A stretch of 64,000 nt of DNA from Chiloscyllium plagiosum (Eukaryota), in assembly GCF_004010195.1 (NCBI RefSeq), contig NC_057757.1, positions 1,076,405 through 1,140,404 of the forward strand, given 5' to 3'. Under the pieces are notes generated by a model, which did not search any database, was not told the origin of the DNA, and worked only from the letters and a program-made list of their open reading frames with translations. Positions 1-12,654 of the stretch are shown here, one piece after another; position 1 is the stretch's first letter; each line of letters begins with the position of its first letter. Made by a program: the position numbers and the translations under genes.

Positions 1-545
1 CCCCCACCTCTGTCCCTACTAAAACATTTAAACGCTGGAACCTGCAACAGCCAATCCTGTCCCTGTTCTACCCATCTCTCCGTATTAGCCACAACATCGA
101 AGTCCCAGGTACCAACCCACGCTGCAAGTTCACCTACCTTATTTCGTATACTTCTTGCATTGAAGTATACGCACTTCAAGCCACTTTCCTGTTTACAGGC
201 ACCCTCCTTTGAAATTGATGCCATGTTCCTAACCTCCCTACACTCCAGGTCCTGCACCCTAAAGCTACAGTCTAGGTTCCCATGCCCCTGCAGAGGCAGG
301 GGTAGGTTGAGGGGTAGATGTTTTACACTGAGGGTGATTCTTGTGTGGAATGAACCTTCTGAGGAAGTGGTGGATGCGGGCACAGTTACGTGTTTAAAAA
401 ACACTTAGATAAGTATATGAATAGGAATTGGAGAGATATGAGCCAGGAGCAGACAGATGGGACAAATTTAGTTTGAGATTACGTTCGGCATCGACTGGTT
501 GGACCAAAAGGTCTGTTTTCGTGCTGTATGATTCTGATTCTGTAT
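1..545. mobile_element. CR1/HER1 LINE fragments: endonuclease region on - (1-292) abutting a 3' end on + (293-545)
   Basis: Minus frame reads GELAAWVGTWDFDVVA; plus part reads VWNEPSEEVVDAGTV followed by the HER1-type tail. Confidence 0.8.
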
Positions 546-1635
546 CCTGTCAAAGGCCTTCTCCTGGTCCAGACTGATGAGGCAGATCTCCATTCCTCTG
601 TTTAGCACATAGGTGATTGTTTCCCTGAAGAGTTCTCAGAGATCTCCCTGATCGGTACAGCACAGTTTTGGTCGGGGTGAATCACTGATCTCAAAGCAGA
701 CCTGACCTCGTTGGCGATAAATTTAGACAAGATTTTGTAATGTACATTCATCAGTGAAATTGATTGCCGGTTCCTAATTGCCTCCCCTTCCCCCTTCTGC
801 TTGTAAATAAAGTTGATGATACCTACCCTTATGAATTCGCACATAGTACCCGCCAGAAGCGTACCTTTGTATGCTTCCAACAGGTCCTGGTCTGTCAAGT
901 CCTACAAAGCAGAATATAATTCAGCCGTCACTTCTGGGAGTTTTATTCTTTTCCACGCACTCGAGGCCTTGGTCAGCTTGTCTAGAGATAATGACTGGTT
1001 CAGCTTCTCCTGTGTGCTGCCCTCTAAAGCTTGGTCATAATGACGGGAATGACTGGGAAGCTGTATTATAGTGGGCTTCGTGTCATACAGTCTGGCATGA
1101 AAGACTGAACAGATAGACCATTCTGGCCATGAGCAGATGTATTTATGCTACACTCAGTCTGCAGGTGTGCTGAAGACATGCAGCTTGGCGTTTTTAATTG
1201 TTTTTATCAGGAATCTAGGCATGCCTAGTTTGCTGTCAGCCCCTCTGGATCTTCCGTCTGCATTGATGATGCAATTGAAATCTCTGGCCAGAATGACTGA
1301 CTTTTATGTCACCAACAGCAGTGGGAGCTGCTGCAGGGCAGCCATATTCTCATTTTTTACTGTCAGGCATGCACATTAATTAGTCTCAGGATCGTTTCTG
1401 TACATAACATCTGCTATGAGGAAGCACCTGCTGAGCATCTCCTTAACCTTGGAAATGGTGAATTTGCCTCCTTGTAGCAGAACATCCAAGCCGGAGGAAC
1501 AGCAATTGTTGCCTCCTGACCAAATTGAAAGCCTCTGGGCCCACAAGCTCGTCTATTTCTGTAGCTGAGGTGCACTATCTTGCACTCCTGCAGAAACAGG
1601 AGATCCACTTTTATGTTGGAAGGTAGGCCAAAATG
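546..1635 (-). mobile_element. Tx1/L1-clade LINE remnant (endonuclease and N-terminal RT)
   Basis: DLLFLQECKI; GIINFIYKQKGE; SLMNVHYKILSK; VIHPDQNCAVP. Confidence 0.8.
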
Positions 1636-1754
1636 GAAACTTATGGTATTAGTGGGTTACGTTTCAGCAGAATCTCAAACATATTTGGGGTGCCTCGATT
1701 CTATTAATCTACATTTAAGTTTTCTAGATTTAATTAAGTGGAGTTAAGAAAAGA

Positions 1755-2010
1755 AATAATTGCATTTCTGAAGCATATTTCATGACTTCTGGCTGTCTCA
1801 TATCGCTTGGTATCCATTAAAAACTTTTTAACTGTAGCAATGTAGGAAATATGGCATCCAAATTACACAAAGCATGCTCCCATAAACAGCAAAATGATAA
1901 TGAGCAGATTCCCCACTCTTCAAGTAATGTGGTGGAACTTTTTAAAATCCTCTTGAGTGGCAGACAGAGCTAAGGGTTTAATATCTCATCTGAAAGATAA
2001 CACCTTTGAA
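1755..2010 (-). mobile_element. Ancient Deu-domain SINE remnant (AmnSINE1/SacSINE1-like); further fragments near 28545-28640 and 59460-59645
   Basis: gcagacagagctaagggtttaatatctcatctgaaaga resembles the conserved Deu domain. Confidence 0.55.
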
Positions 2011-2990
2011 TTTTTAAAAATACCCTCTTGGGATGTGGACATTACTGGCAGGCAGCATTTTACTGCCACCCTAGTTGAGAAGATGGTGGTGGACTGTCTT
2101 CTTGATCTGCTGCAGACACATGCTGTAGGTTGACCCACAATACCCTTAGCGAGGGAATTCCAGTATTTTGACCCAGTGAAAGTGGAGGAACGACAATATA
2201 TTTCCTTGACAGGATGGTGAGTGGCTTGGGGGTGAATTTGCAGATGGTGATGTTCCCATTGCATCGGCTGCCCTTGGTCCTTCTAGATGGAAGTGGTCAT
2301 GGGTTTGGAAGGTGCTTCGGTGAATTCCTACAGTGCGTCTTGTTGATAGTACACAGCTGGTACCGAGTATCTGTGGTGGAGGGTATGGTGCACGTTATGT
2401 ATGCTGTTTTGTTTTGGATAGTGACAAGCTTGTTCAGTGTAATTTGAATTGCACCTATTCAGACTAGTGGGGAATATTTCATCACACTTCTGACTTGTGC
2501 CTTGTAGATGGTGGAAGGCTTTGTGGAGTCAGTTGGTGAGTTAATGGCCACAGTATTCCTAGTCTCTAACCTGCTCTTAAAGCTGTTGTATTTATGTGAC
2601 AAGTTAAGTTGAGTTTCTCATAACCTCAGAGATGTTGATAGTTGGGGATTCGGTGATAGTAACACCATTGAATGTCAAGGGGTGGTGATTAGATTGGGAG
2701 AAAGTGAGGACTGCAGATGCTGGAGATCAGAGCTGAAAAATGTGTTGCTGGAAAAGCGCAGCAGGTCAGGCAGCATCCAAGGAGCAGGAGAATCGATGTT
2801 TCGGGCATAAGCCCTTCTTCAGGAATGCCTGAAGAAGGGCTTATGCCTGAAACGTCGATTCTCCTGCTCCTTAGATGCTGCCTGACCTGCTGTGCTTTTC
2901 CAGCAACACATTTTTCAGTGGTGATTAGATTGTCTGTTATTGGAGATGGTCATTACTTTTCCATTTGTGCAGCCTGAATGTTGCTTGTCA
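2011..2990 (-). mobile_element. Older CR1/L2-type LINE 3' portion, interrupted by a Penelope-like palindrome
   Basis: Reverse complement of the family seen at 14040-14340/15921-16000 (WNSLAKGIV; cacatccc tail). Confidence 0.7.
2697..2917. mobile_element. Penelope-like palindromic terminal repeat (family A) with two opposed hammerhead cores
   Basis: Inverted arms of about 95 bp centred near 2825; exact 15-bp TSD gtggtgattagattg at 2682-2696 and 2918-2932. Confidence 0.85.
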
Positions 2991-2999
2991 TTTGACGAG

Positions 3000-4305
3000 A
3001 TATTATTGTATTTGTACAAGGAATTCTTGTTCAAAAGCCAAGGCTTTTTCATGCCCCCTTCTCAGTCCATTTTTAAGTTTCCTAGCTATCCTGTAAATGA
3101 GTTGATGGGGGATGTGGGGAGAAAGGGCATGTGGTTTATTTGGATTTTTAGAAAGCTTTCAACAAAGTCTCAAATAAGAGAAATCCATGGGGGTATTGAG
3201 GTGGATAGAAAACTGGCAGATAAGAAACAAAGTGGGAATAAATGGGTCTTTTTCTGTGCTATATCTCAGACTCCAGTACTAGGACCTGTGTATTTAGATG
3301 AGGAAACTAAATGTAAAATCTCCAAATTTGCAGACAACAGAAAGCTGAATGGGAGGGTGAGCTGTGAGGAGGATGCAGACATGCTTCAGTGGGATTTGGA
3401 AAAGTTGAGTGAGTGGGCAAATGAATGTACTGCATCTGCCATTGTGGATAAATGTGAAGCTATTCACTTTGGTAGCAAAAGCAAAAAGGCAGATTAGCTA
3501 AATGGTTGTTCAATGAGAACGGGAATATGCAAGCAGACCTTGGTATCCTCATATAACAGTTGCTGAAGATAAGCATGTGGGTTCAACAGGTGGTTAAAAA
3601 AAGACAAAAAAGACGAAAAGAAAAAGACCCATTTATTCCCACTTTGTTTCTTATCTGCCAGTTTTCTATCCACCTCAATACCCCCAATCCCAAGTGCTTT
3701 AGTTTTACATGGTATTCTCTTATAGTAAGAGAATGTGAGTATAAGAACAGAATGTCTTACTGCAATTAATCAAATCTGATTCCACACCTGGAATATTGTG
3801 TGCAGTTTTGGTCTCCTTAACAGAGGATGGATATTCTTGCTATACAGGGAGTGCAGCAAAGGTTTGCCAGACTGATTCCTGGGATGGCAGGCCCAACTGT
3901 GAGGAGAGATTGAATTGGTTCGGGTTATATTTTGTGGAGTTCAGAAGAATTAGGCAGGGTGGGGATGACTCATGGAAACCTATAAAATTCTAACGCAGGT
4001 AAATGCTGAAGGATGTTCTTGAAGGCAAAGGAGTTCAGAACCAGGGATCACAATCTAAGGATATGGGGCAAACTACTTAGGACTGAGATGAGAATTTTTT
4101 TTCTCCCCCTGAGACTGGTGAATTCATTGCCACAGAAAGCAATTGAAGCCAAAATGTTTGATTGCAAGATAGGGATCAGAATGATGGGGGGAAAACTGGG
4201 AACAGGCTATTGTATAGGTTGGTTAGCTAAAATCGTAATGATTGGTAGAGCAGTCTCAAAGCTCTGAATGGACTACTTCTGCCCCTATTATATGTGCTTC
4301 TAAGT
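3000..4305 (+). mobile_element. Decayed CR1 LINE RT and 3' end
   Basis: ISKFADNRKL, KCEAIHFG, YFVEFRR in ORFs 2940..3497 and 3796..3993. Confidence 0.85.
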
Positions 4306-5322
4306 TTTAAACTTGAAAAGTATGGAATAGAGTGAAGAGATCACCTGTGAATAGATTTAATGTAGTTCAAAGAGATTATTTAACTCAGTATTTATGTTGT
4401 GTCGTTATAGAAAAGTTTTGTGACTTTGGAACTTAAACCCTTCCTGTACAAATATGGATTATGTTAATATGATGATATTTGAACACTTAATCTCTATTGT
4501 TAGCCCACTAACATTTCCATTGTACCTAACTATTTGTACGTGGGTCTATACCATTAAAAAGCTTTGAATTAATGTCTGGAATTAATGCAGAATCTCCAAG
4601 TCACTTTGTCAATGAAACAATATGCCTGTTAGTCAATGTTACTGATCAGTGGAGTTGGAGATGTAACACTGCCCATGATCTGACCTTTCTAATTGGTCCA
4701 GTGTGTTTCATTAACAGGTCTTTTGAACGATAACATTGCAGATATTACAGCAATAGAAATGAAAAGTGGACAGTCTAAATAAAAATTAGGGTTCTTTTCA
4801 TTCCTACAGTTATTGATCTGGAAGTGCAAGTGAAACAAGAAGACCGGTCTGTACTGAGGAACATGAGATTTTAACAAACTTAATACTGGAGAAGTATTTT
4901 CTAAGAAAAGGCTGGTGTTTAAGCAAACCTAGTGAAGATTATACGGTCAAACTGCTTAAGTGTAATCAGATCCAATTTTTCAAAACCAGTTCTCTGAGCC
5001 GTGGTACAAGAGATGTACAAGTGAAAACCAGAAATGTCTGTGCTGCACTGTGCCCGGGTCATTGTTCAGCAAGTCTGCGCTATCTTCATTTTCATTTGCA
5101 ATATTCTTCATATGCTTTTGAAGGGCTGACATTACCTTGATTATACATTTTCTTCTAATTTAGTTGTAAAGATCTTGTTCATGGTAATCTTCTGAATTTT
5201 TTTAAATTTCATTTTCCTGCTATCTTTATTTTTCTTTTCATCTTTTCCAATTGTCTGTATTCAACTGTTCATCTGTAGTTCTCCATGGTGACAATTTCAA
5301 ACAAGGAAATTAATGCAAATGG

Positions 5323-5423
5323 ATGCAAGTTTGTTCACTGAGCTGGAAGGTTCATTTTCTGAAAACGAACCTTCCAGCTCAGCGAGCAAACTTACATCTG
5401 AGCTACAAATCTTCTCAAAACTC
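5323..5423. mobile_element. Short hairpin insertion, probably a Penelope-like terminal fragment of another family
   Basis: Inverted ctgagctggaaggttc/gaaccttccagctcag; exact 14-bp TSD attaatgcaaatgg at 5309-5322 and 5424-5437. Confidence 0.65.
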
Positions 5424-5645
5424 ATTAATGCAAATGGCAAGATATAAATTTCAAAGAAATTGAGGCAGCTTGAGAGATTTGTTTAAATTATCACATTGTA
5501 TTGAATGCAGTGCCTGCAAGGGTGGTGAAAACAGATTGAATAATCTCTTTTCCAACATGTATTTACCCATTTCTTTTTGAATACATTTATACAGTGAAAG
5601 AGATTGGGAAGTGTAATTAACTGTGTAACTCTAACAAAAATCCAG

Positions 5646-5739
5646 TCAAAGAGTGTGGTGCTGGAAAAGCAAAGCTGGTCAGACAGCATCCGAGGAGCAT
5701 GCGAATTGACGTTTCAGGCATAAGCCCTTCATCTGGACT
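5646..5739 (-). mobile_element. Penelope-like family A single arm with mutated hammerhead core
   Basis: 16-bp TSD tctaacaaa(a/g)atccag at 5630-5645 and 5740-5755. Confidence 0.75.
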
Positions 5740-5893
5740 TCTAACAAAGATCCAGCACAGGAACCAGGGGCTGAACAGCACTGTGTTTTCCAGAGAACAG
5801 GACTCATTCAGCCTTTCCTGATAAATATGTTCTGTAAGTTTTGGTATCATCATTGTGAATCTATTTTGTACTTTTCCCACTACCTTTATATTT

Positions 5894-6205
5894 TAGATTA
5901 GGTTAGATTCCCTACAGTATGGAAACAGGCCCTTCGGCCCAACAAGTCCACACCGACCCTCCAAAGAATAACCCACCCAGACTCATTCCCCGACCTGACA
6001 TTTACCCCTGACTAATGCACCTAACACTGGGCAGTTTAGCATGGCCAATTCACCTAACTTGCACGTCTTTGGATTGTGGGAGGAAACCTACACTTACACT
6101 GTGAGAATGTGAAAACTCCACACAGACACTCGCCCAAGGCCAGAATTGAACCTGGGTCCCTGGTATTATGAGGCAGCAGTGCTAACAACTGAGCTGCCGT
6201 ACTGG
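5894..6205 (-). mobile_element. HE1-type tRNA-derived V-SINE
   Basis: Reverse complement of the SINE at 53797-54120. Confidence 0.88.
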
Positions 6206-6902
6206 CCCAGCCACCATTTATTTTGTAATATGCAAGTAGTACTGCTCACAGTACTCAACATCCAGGGTTTCTAGTCTTCTAGGTGGTGACTTCGGAAGGC
6301 TGTTCAGTGTTCAATGCAACCATTTCCACCTCCAATATTGTCTTTTCAAGTATGATGACTGTACTCCAATAAAGCATAGAAGCCCTAAAACTCACACCCC
6401 CCACCCACCTCCCCTCCTCCCAATTCAATCTCCAGAATGGGACTTGAAGCCAAAACTTTTGATGAGTATAGTTTTGTTTCTTTCTTTGTAACTCTAAAGA
6501 CATTCACTGTATTCTTAACATTGTAGTTCAAAGGCTTCGCTTTGCAGTATTTGAGTTGCCCTCTGATGGCTGCAGAATGGCTGGATTTCTGTTTAGTTTT
6601 GTTGGTAAATGCTGATACTACTCATATCTTTGAGCACCAACATAGTTCTGAACAAGAACCTACATAAGGTAATATAACAATTCATTATTTTCAGATTCAG
6701 TTGGTTTTGGATCATTTTTGGGGTAAGGGCATAACAACAATTAAACACACACAATGTTCGTTTAGTCCATTGAACGTTATTCTGTATCTTAACATTCTCA
6801 TTGAAGCCCATCCATCTGGCATTCCAACTCTAATGGAAGCCAAATCACTCCTATATCCTGATACTCCTATTGATGCCCTTCTGACTACTATCCTAACTAT
6901 TA

Positions 6903-9900
6903 GAGAGTCATGGAGTCATACAGCACGGAAACAGACCCTTTGATCCAACTTTTCCATGCTGACCAAGTTTCCCAAACTAAGCTAGTCCCAGACAAAAACA
7001 GAATGCTGGGTAAGCTCAGCAGGTGTGGCAGCATCTGGAGAGAAATCAGAGTCAATGTTTTGGCTCAAGTCACCCTTTCTGAGAATAGTCCTATTCCCAC
7101 ACTTGGCCTATTTCCTTCTGGACCTTTCCTATTCATCTATAGTGAAAAAGGTTACCTCAGATTGCATTGGAATCTTGATCAGATGGGCCAATGGGCTGAG
7201 GAGTGGCAGATGGAGTTTAATTTAGATAAATGTGAGGTGCTGCATTTTGGAAAAACAAATCAGAGCAGGACTTATACACTTAATGGTAAGATCCTAGGGT
7301 GTGTTGCTGAATAAAGAGACCTTAGAGTACAGGTTCATAGCTCCTTGAAAGTAGAGTTGCAGGTAGATAGGATAGTGAAGAAGACATTTGGTATGCTTTC
7401 CTTTGTTGGTCAGAGCATTGAGTATACAAGTTGGGAGGTCATGTTGCGACAATGTTCAGGACATTGGTTAGGCTGCTTTTGGAATATTGCATGCAATTCC
7501 GGCCTCCTTCCTATTGGAAGGATGTTGTGAAACTTGAAAGGATTCAGGGAAGATTACAAGGATGTTGCCATGGTTGGAGGATTTGAGCTATAGAGAGAAG
7601 CTGAATAGCCTGGAGCTGTTTTCTCTGGAGCGTCGGAGGCTGAGAGGTAACCTTATAGAGGTTTATAAAATCATGAGGGGCATGGATCGGATAAACAGAC
7701 AAGGTCTTTTCCCTGGGTTGGGGGAGTCCCGAACTAGAGGGCATAGGTTCAGGGTGAGAGGGGAAACATATAAAAGGTACCTATGGGGCAACTTTTTCAC
7801 ACAGAGGGTTCTGCGTGTATGGAATGAGCTGCCAGAGGAAGTGGTGGAGGCTGGGTAAATTATTGCAGCATTTAAAAGGCATTTGGATGGATAAATGATT
7901 AGGAAAGATTTAGAGGGATATGGGTCGTGTGCTGGCAAATGGGACTAGATTAGGTTAGGATATCTGAGCATAATGGACGAGTTGGACCGAAGGGTCTGTT
8001 TCCGTGGTGCACAGTTCTATGACCTTTCCAAATGTCTTAATGTTGTAACTGTATCTACCACTTCCTCTGGCAGTTCATTCCACATACGAATCACCCTGTG
8101 TGAAAAAGCTCCCCCTCAGATACCTCTTAAATCTTTCTCCTCTCCCTTTAAAATTGTGTCCTCTGGTTTTGAACTCCCTTACCCTGAGAAAAAGACCTTT
8201 GCTATTTATCTTATCTATACCCCTCATGATTTTATAAACCTCAATAAGGTCACCCCTTAACCTCCTATGCGTGAAGAAAAGAAGTTCTAGTCCTAGACAG
8301 AAGTGGGAAGTTGAGTATGGACCCAGTGGAGACCGGAGAGGTGCTAAACGGACATTTCTCATCGGTTTTCACTCAGGAAAAAGAGAATATTGCAGAGGAG
8401 AAGAATGAGATATTAGACTAGAAAGGATCGAGGTTAGTCACGAGCAGGTGTTATCAATTCTAGAAGGAATGAAAGTAGACGTGTCCCCTGGGCCAGATGG
8501 GATTTATCCGAGGATTCTCTGGGAAGCTAGGGAGGAGATAACAGAGCCTTTGGTTTTGATAATTGAGTCGTCATTATTTACAGGTTTAGTACCAGAGGAC
8601 TGGAGGATTGCAAATGTGCCCTTGTTCAAGAAGGGCAGTAGAGATGACCCAAGTAACTATAGACAACTGAGCCTTACTTCTGTTGTAGGAAAGATTTTGG
8701 AAAGGATTATAAGAGATAAAATTTATAATCATCTAGCAAGCAACAATTTGATTTCACATAGTCAACATGGTTTCGTCAAGGGCAGGTCATGTCTCACAAA
8801 CCTTATTGAGTTTTTTGAGAAAGTGACCAAGCATGTAGATGAGGGTAGGGCAGTTGATGTGGCATAGACAAAGTTAATTTCAGATATCTGGTCAACATGG
8901 GTGGGTTGGACTGAAGGCTCTGTTTCCATGCTGTATATCTCTATGACTCTATTAAGAGGGCAAATGGACTATTGCCCTTCATTGCTCGAGGGATTATGCT
9001 GCAGCTGTATAGGGTTCTACTGAGACCACACCGAGATATTGTGTATAGTTTTGGCTTCCTTACTTGAAAAATGATGTACAAGCACTGGAGAGTGTGCAGA
9101 GGAGGTTCACTAGGTTGACTTCAGAGTTAAGAGGGTTGGCTTATGAGATTGAGTAGACTGGACTATACTCATGGTAAAAACAATGACTGCAGATGCTGGA
9201 AACCAGATTCTGGATCAATGGTGCTGGAAGAGCACAGCAATTCAGGCAGCATCGAGGAGCTTCAGCAAAATCGACGTTTCGGGCAAAAGCCCTTCATCAG
9301 GAATAAAGGCAGAGAGCCTGAAGCGTGGAGAGATAAGCTAGGGGAGGGTGGGGGTGGGGAGAGAGTAGTCGTAGAGGGACTGAGTTCCGGAGCCGCAATA
9401 TGATGCTGCAATTATACATAACGCTAGTGCGGCCACACTTGGAATATTGTGTACAATTCTGCTTGCCATATTTCAGAAAGGAAGTGGAAGCATTGGAAAA
9501 GATGCAGAGGAGATTTATCAGGATGTTGCCTGGCCTGGAAGGAAGATCTTATGAGGAAAGGCTGAGAAATTTAGGTCTGTTCTCATTGTAAAGAAGAAGG
9601 CTAAGAGGGGATTTGATAGAGACATACAAAATGATCAGAGGATTAGATAGAACAATACAGCGCAGAACAGGACCTATGTTCTATTCAGTTTCTCCTTATA
9701 GATCAAACCCTCCAGTCCCAGTAATATCCTTGTAATTTTTTTGTATACCCTTTCCAATGGAATAATATCCATCTTATAGCAATGCAAATAGAACTGTATA
9801 CTGTACTCTAAAAATAACCTCACCTACGTCCGGTAACATGATGTCCCAACTCTTATACTTAGTGGTCTGAGCAATGAAGGCAATCGTGCCAAACTCCCTC

Positions 9901-9965
9901 TTCACCACCCTCTCTACCTGTGACACAGCTTTCAAAGAACTATGTACCTGAACCCCTAGGTCTCT
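6903..9965. mobile_element. Nested stack of CR1/HER1 LINE fragments in both orientations, with Penelope-like inserts at about 6990-7085 and 9173-9368
   Basis: [54 protein letters not shown]. Confidence 0.9.
9273..9300 (-). ncRNA. Minimal hammerhead ribozyme motif, best-preserved family A copy
   Basis: Minus strand CUGAUGA A GGGC UUUU GCCC GAAACGUC; all core nucleotides present; activity untested. Confidence 0.65.
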
Positions 9966-12274
9966 TCGTATTAGTGATGCTTATTTCTCCTATACCCTAT
10001 TTCTCTATTATCCTGTTACCAATACTCCTATTGAAGACAATTTCTCTGACAACCTAACTCTCCTTTGAAGTGCCTCCTTCTTATACCTTGAAATCAAAAC
10101 AGAATAGACTGAAAATGCTTAGATGTCCTGTAGCATTTGTAGAGTGAGAAACAAAGCTAATGTTTCTGTTTAATCACCTTTTCTCAAAACTCGTATCATA
10201 GTAGTAAAATTACTAGATTGGTAGTCTAGAGGGCTGGACCATTCTCCAGAGTCATGAGTTCAAATCTTACCTCTGCAGGAATTTAATTCAATTAGTTAAT
10301 AAATCTGAAGTAAAAAGTTAGCCTTTACGATTATCATGAAACTTGTTATTAAAAACAGGTTCATTTACCTTTTGTATATGTGAATCTGTGCAGGAATGTG
10401 ATTGGTGTATAAATATTTGCTGAAATGGCCTAACAAGCTAATTGTTGGTTCACTGTCCAGTTTTCAAGGGCAACTAAGGATTGGCAATGGATATCCCCGT
10501 CTCATAAGCACATATAAAATTCTCTAGTCATTACTTAATAGAGGCAGATTGGAAGTTCCAACTGGAGGCCCATACTCAATATCAAATGATAATTAGAATT
10601 CCTTAACAAAAGAACATATTTATGACACTTTCCTGGCTTTGTCAGTCTTTGAGGAAGTTTCAATTCTCATATTTATTTCTTCAGCAACATCAACTGATTT
10701 GATTGAATTCAACTACACTTGATTGTGGTGCCCTTGAGGTGAAACACACCACCTGTGTCATTTCAGAAATGAGACATCACTCTTTTATCCTCCAGGAGCA
10801 TGGCAACTTTCACAACAACTCTGGATAATCAAACCATTAAAGAAATATCAACATAATGTTTCATTTACTTTTTTTAAGCATGGGCCATTGCTGTCTTGTG
10901 TGATTCAGAATGCATTCCATAACTGTTGCTTCATTTTAAGTTGCAGTTTTACAAGTATCATTTATAATTTGGATGATACATGAACCATCAAGCTCTTCTG
11001 TTTGATTCACCCTAGTCTAGTTTCTGGTTTATTAGTATTCTGTTCCCTCCAAACTTGCACCCTCCTGCAATAAATGTGGGAATGCTGTTTTTTTTTGTCA
11101 TTGGTCAGGTCTCCTCATTCTCCAGGATCTCAATAATATTCTTTATCACTGCCCAATATTTCGCAATTTCTTTGGATTTGCATTCTTTGACTTTAAAAGT
11201 GCATCTTCTACCTAATAAAGTTTTGGAAGGCCAAACACAAGAAGATATAAGATTCACCTGAAATGACAACTGCAAACTCAACCTTGTTGACCCTATAAAG
11301 TCCTCATTAATTATTGGGGCTCGTGCCAAAATTGAGAGAACTGTCTAATAGACTTGGTAAAAACAAGGACTGCAGATGTTGGAAACCAGAGTCTAGATTA
11401 GGGTGGTGCTGGAAAAGCACAGCAGGTCAGGCAGCATCCGTCAAGCAACAGCCCAACCTAATCATACTAATAGAATCATACCTTACAGATAATGTTTTAA
11501 ACTGCATCATCACCATCCCTGGGTATGTACTGTTTAACTGTCAGGATAGACCTACTAGAGGTGACAACACAGTGGTATACAGTTGTGAGAGTTCCTCTTG
11601 AAGCACTCAGCATTACCTCCGAACTCCATGAAGTCTCTTGGCATAAGGTAAAAAATGATCAAGGAAGCCTCTTATTGATTGCCATATACTGACTACTACT
11701 GCAATAGGCTGATGAATTTGTCTTCCTGCAAGTTCAGCACCACCTAGAGGAATCACTGAGGATAGAAATGGTGCAGAATGTATCTTGGGTGACGTACTTC
11801 AATGTCACCACAAAGTGTGGCATGTCAGTATCACTAGTGACAGCTGGTTGAGTGCTAAAGGATATAGCTGCTAGATTGGAACTGTGGCAGGTGGGAAAGA
11901 AACCACCATGAGGGAAAAACAGACTAGACCATCTACTCACCAATATGTTCACCACAGATGTACATGTCAATGACAGTCTTTAAAGGAGTGACCAGCAAAT
12001 AGACCTGGAAATGAAATAATATCTTCATATTGAGGATACCATCCATTGTGTTGTGTTGCTCTATCAATATGTTAAATGGGATAGATTTTGAACAGAGATC
12101 TCAATACCACCATTACTAACAAGTGGAGGGATCAACCCTGGTTCATTGAAGAGGACATTAAAAATGAGGTATCAACTTGGTGAAGCTACAACTCAAGATA
12201 ACTTGCATGCCAAATAGTGCAAGCAGCAACTCTTAGATTAGCTAAGCAGTTCAACAAGCAACGGATCAGATCTA

Positions 12275-12615
12275 TTCCTGCTGCCTTGGTGTGTGCAGAA
12301 TAGTGAAAGACTTCTCTCACCCCAGTTATACTTTCTTCCATCCTTTTCCATTGGGCAGAAGGTATAAAAGTTTGAATACACATACAAACAGATACAAGAA
12401 CAGCCTCTTCGTCTGCTTTTATTAGACTTTTGAATGCACTTATCAAATGTTAATGTTGATCTCTCACTCTGTCTTCTCTGTGGCTGTAACACTATTCTAC
12501 ACTCTGTTCTGCTACCCTAAATACACTTTGTATGGTATGGTCTGTCTGTATAACACTCATAACAACACTCCTCACTGTATCTTAGTACACATAACAACAA
12601 TAGATCAATCAATCT
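12275..12615 (+). mobile_element. Rex1/Babar-like LINE 3' end; related copies at about 25180-25415 (+) and 33481-33770 (-)
   Basis: Decayed HP..LF..LP.GRRY.S...T.R.KNS motif and an atcaa-type microsatellite tail. Confidence 0.65.
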
Positions 12616-12654
12616 AAGCTCTAATCCTACTACACCCAATTGTGAATGGTAGTA

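Noticed and set aside
2730..2917. Long hairpins as miRNA precursors or classic MITEs
   Set aside because: Arms are asymmetric, multi-copy, flanked by 14-16 bp TSDs and linked to a PLE ORF end, which fits a retroelement origin better
2717..2977. Recurrent ORFs such as MPETSILLLLRCCLTCCAFPA as a small protein family
   Set aside because: Incidental translations of the Penelope-like repeat, with varying frames, starts and stops
4300..6800. Exons of a second protein-coding gene in unique AT-rich DNA
   Set aside because: Candidate splice sites near 5135 and 6660 give frames with early stops and no recognisable homology
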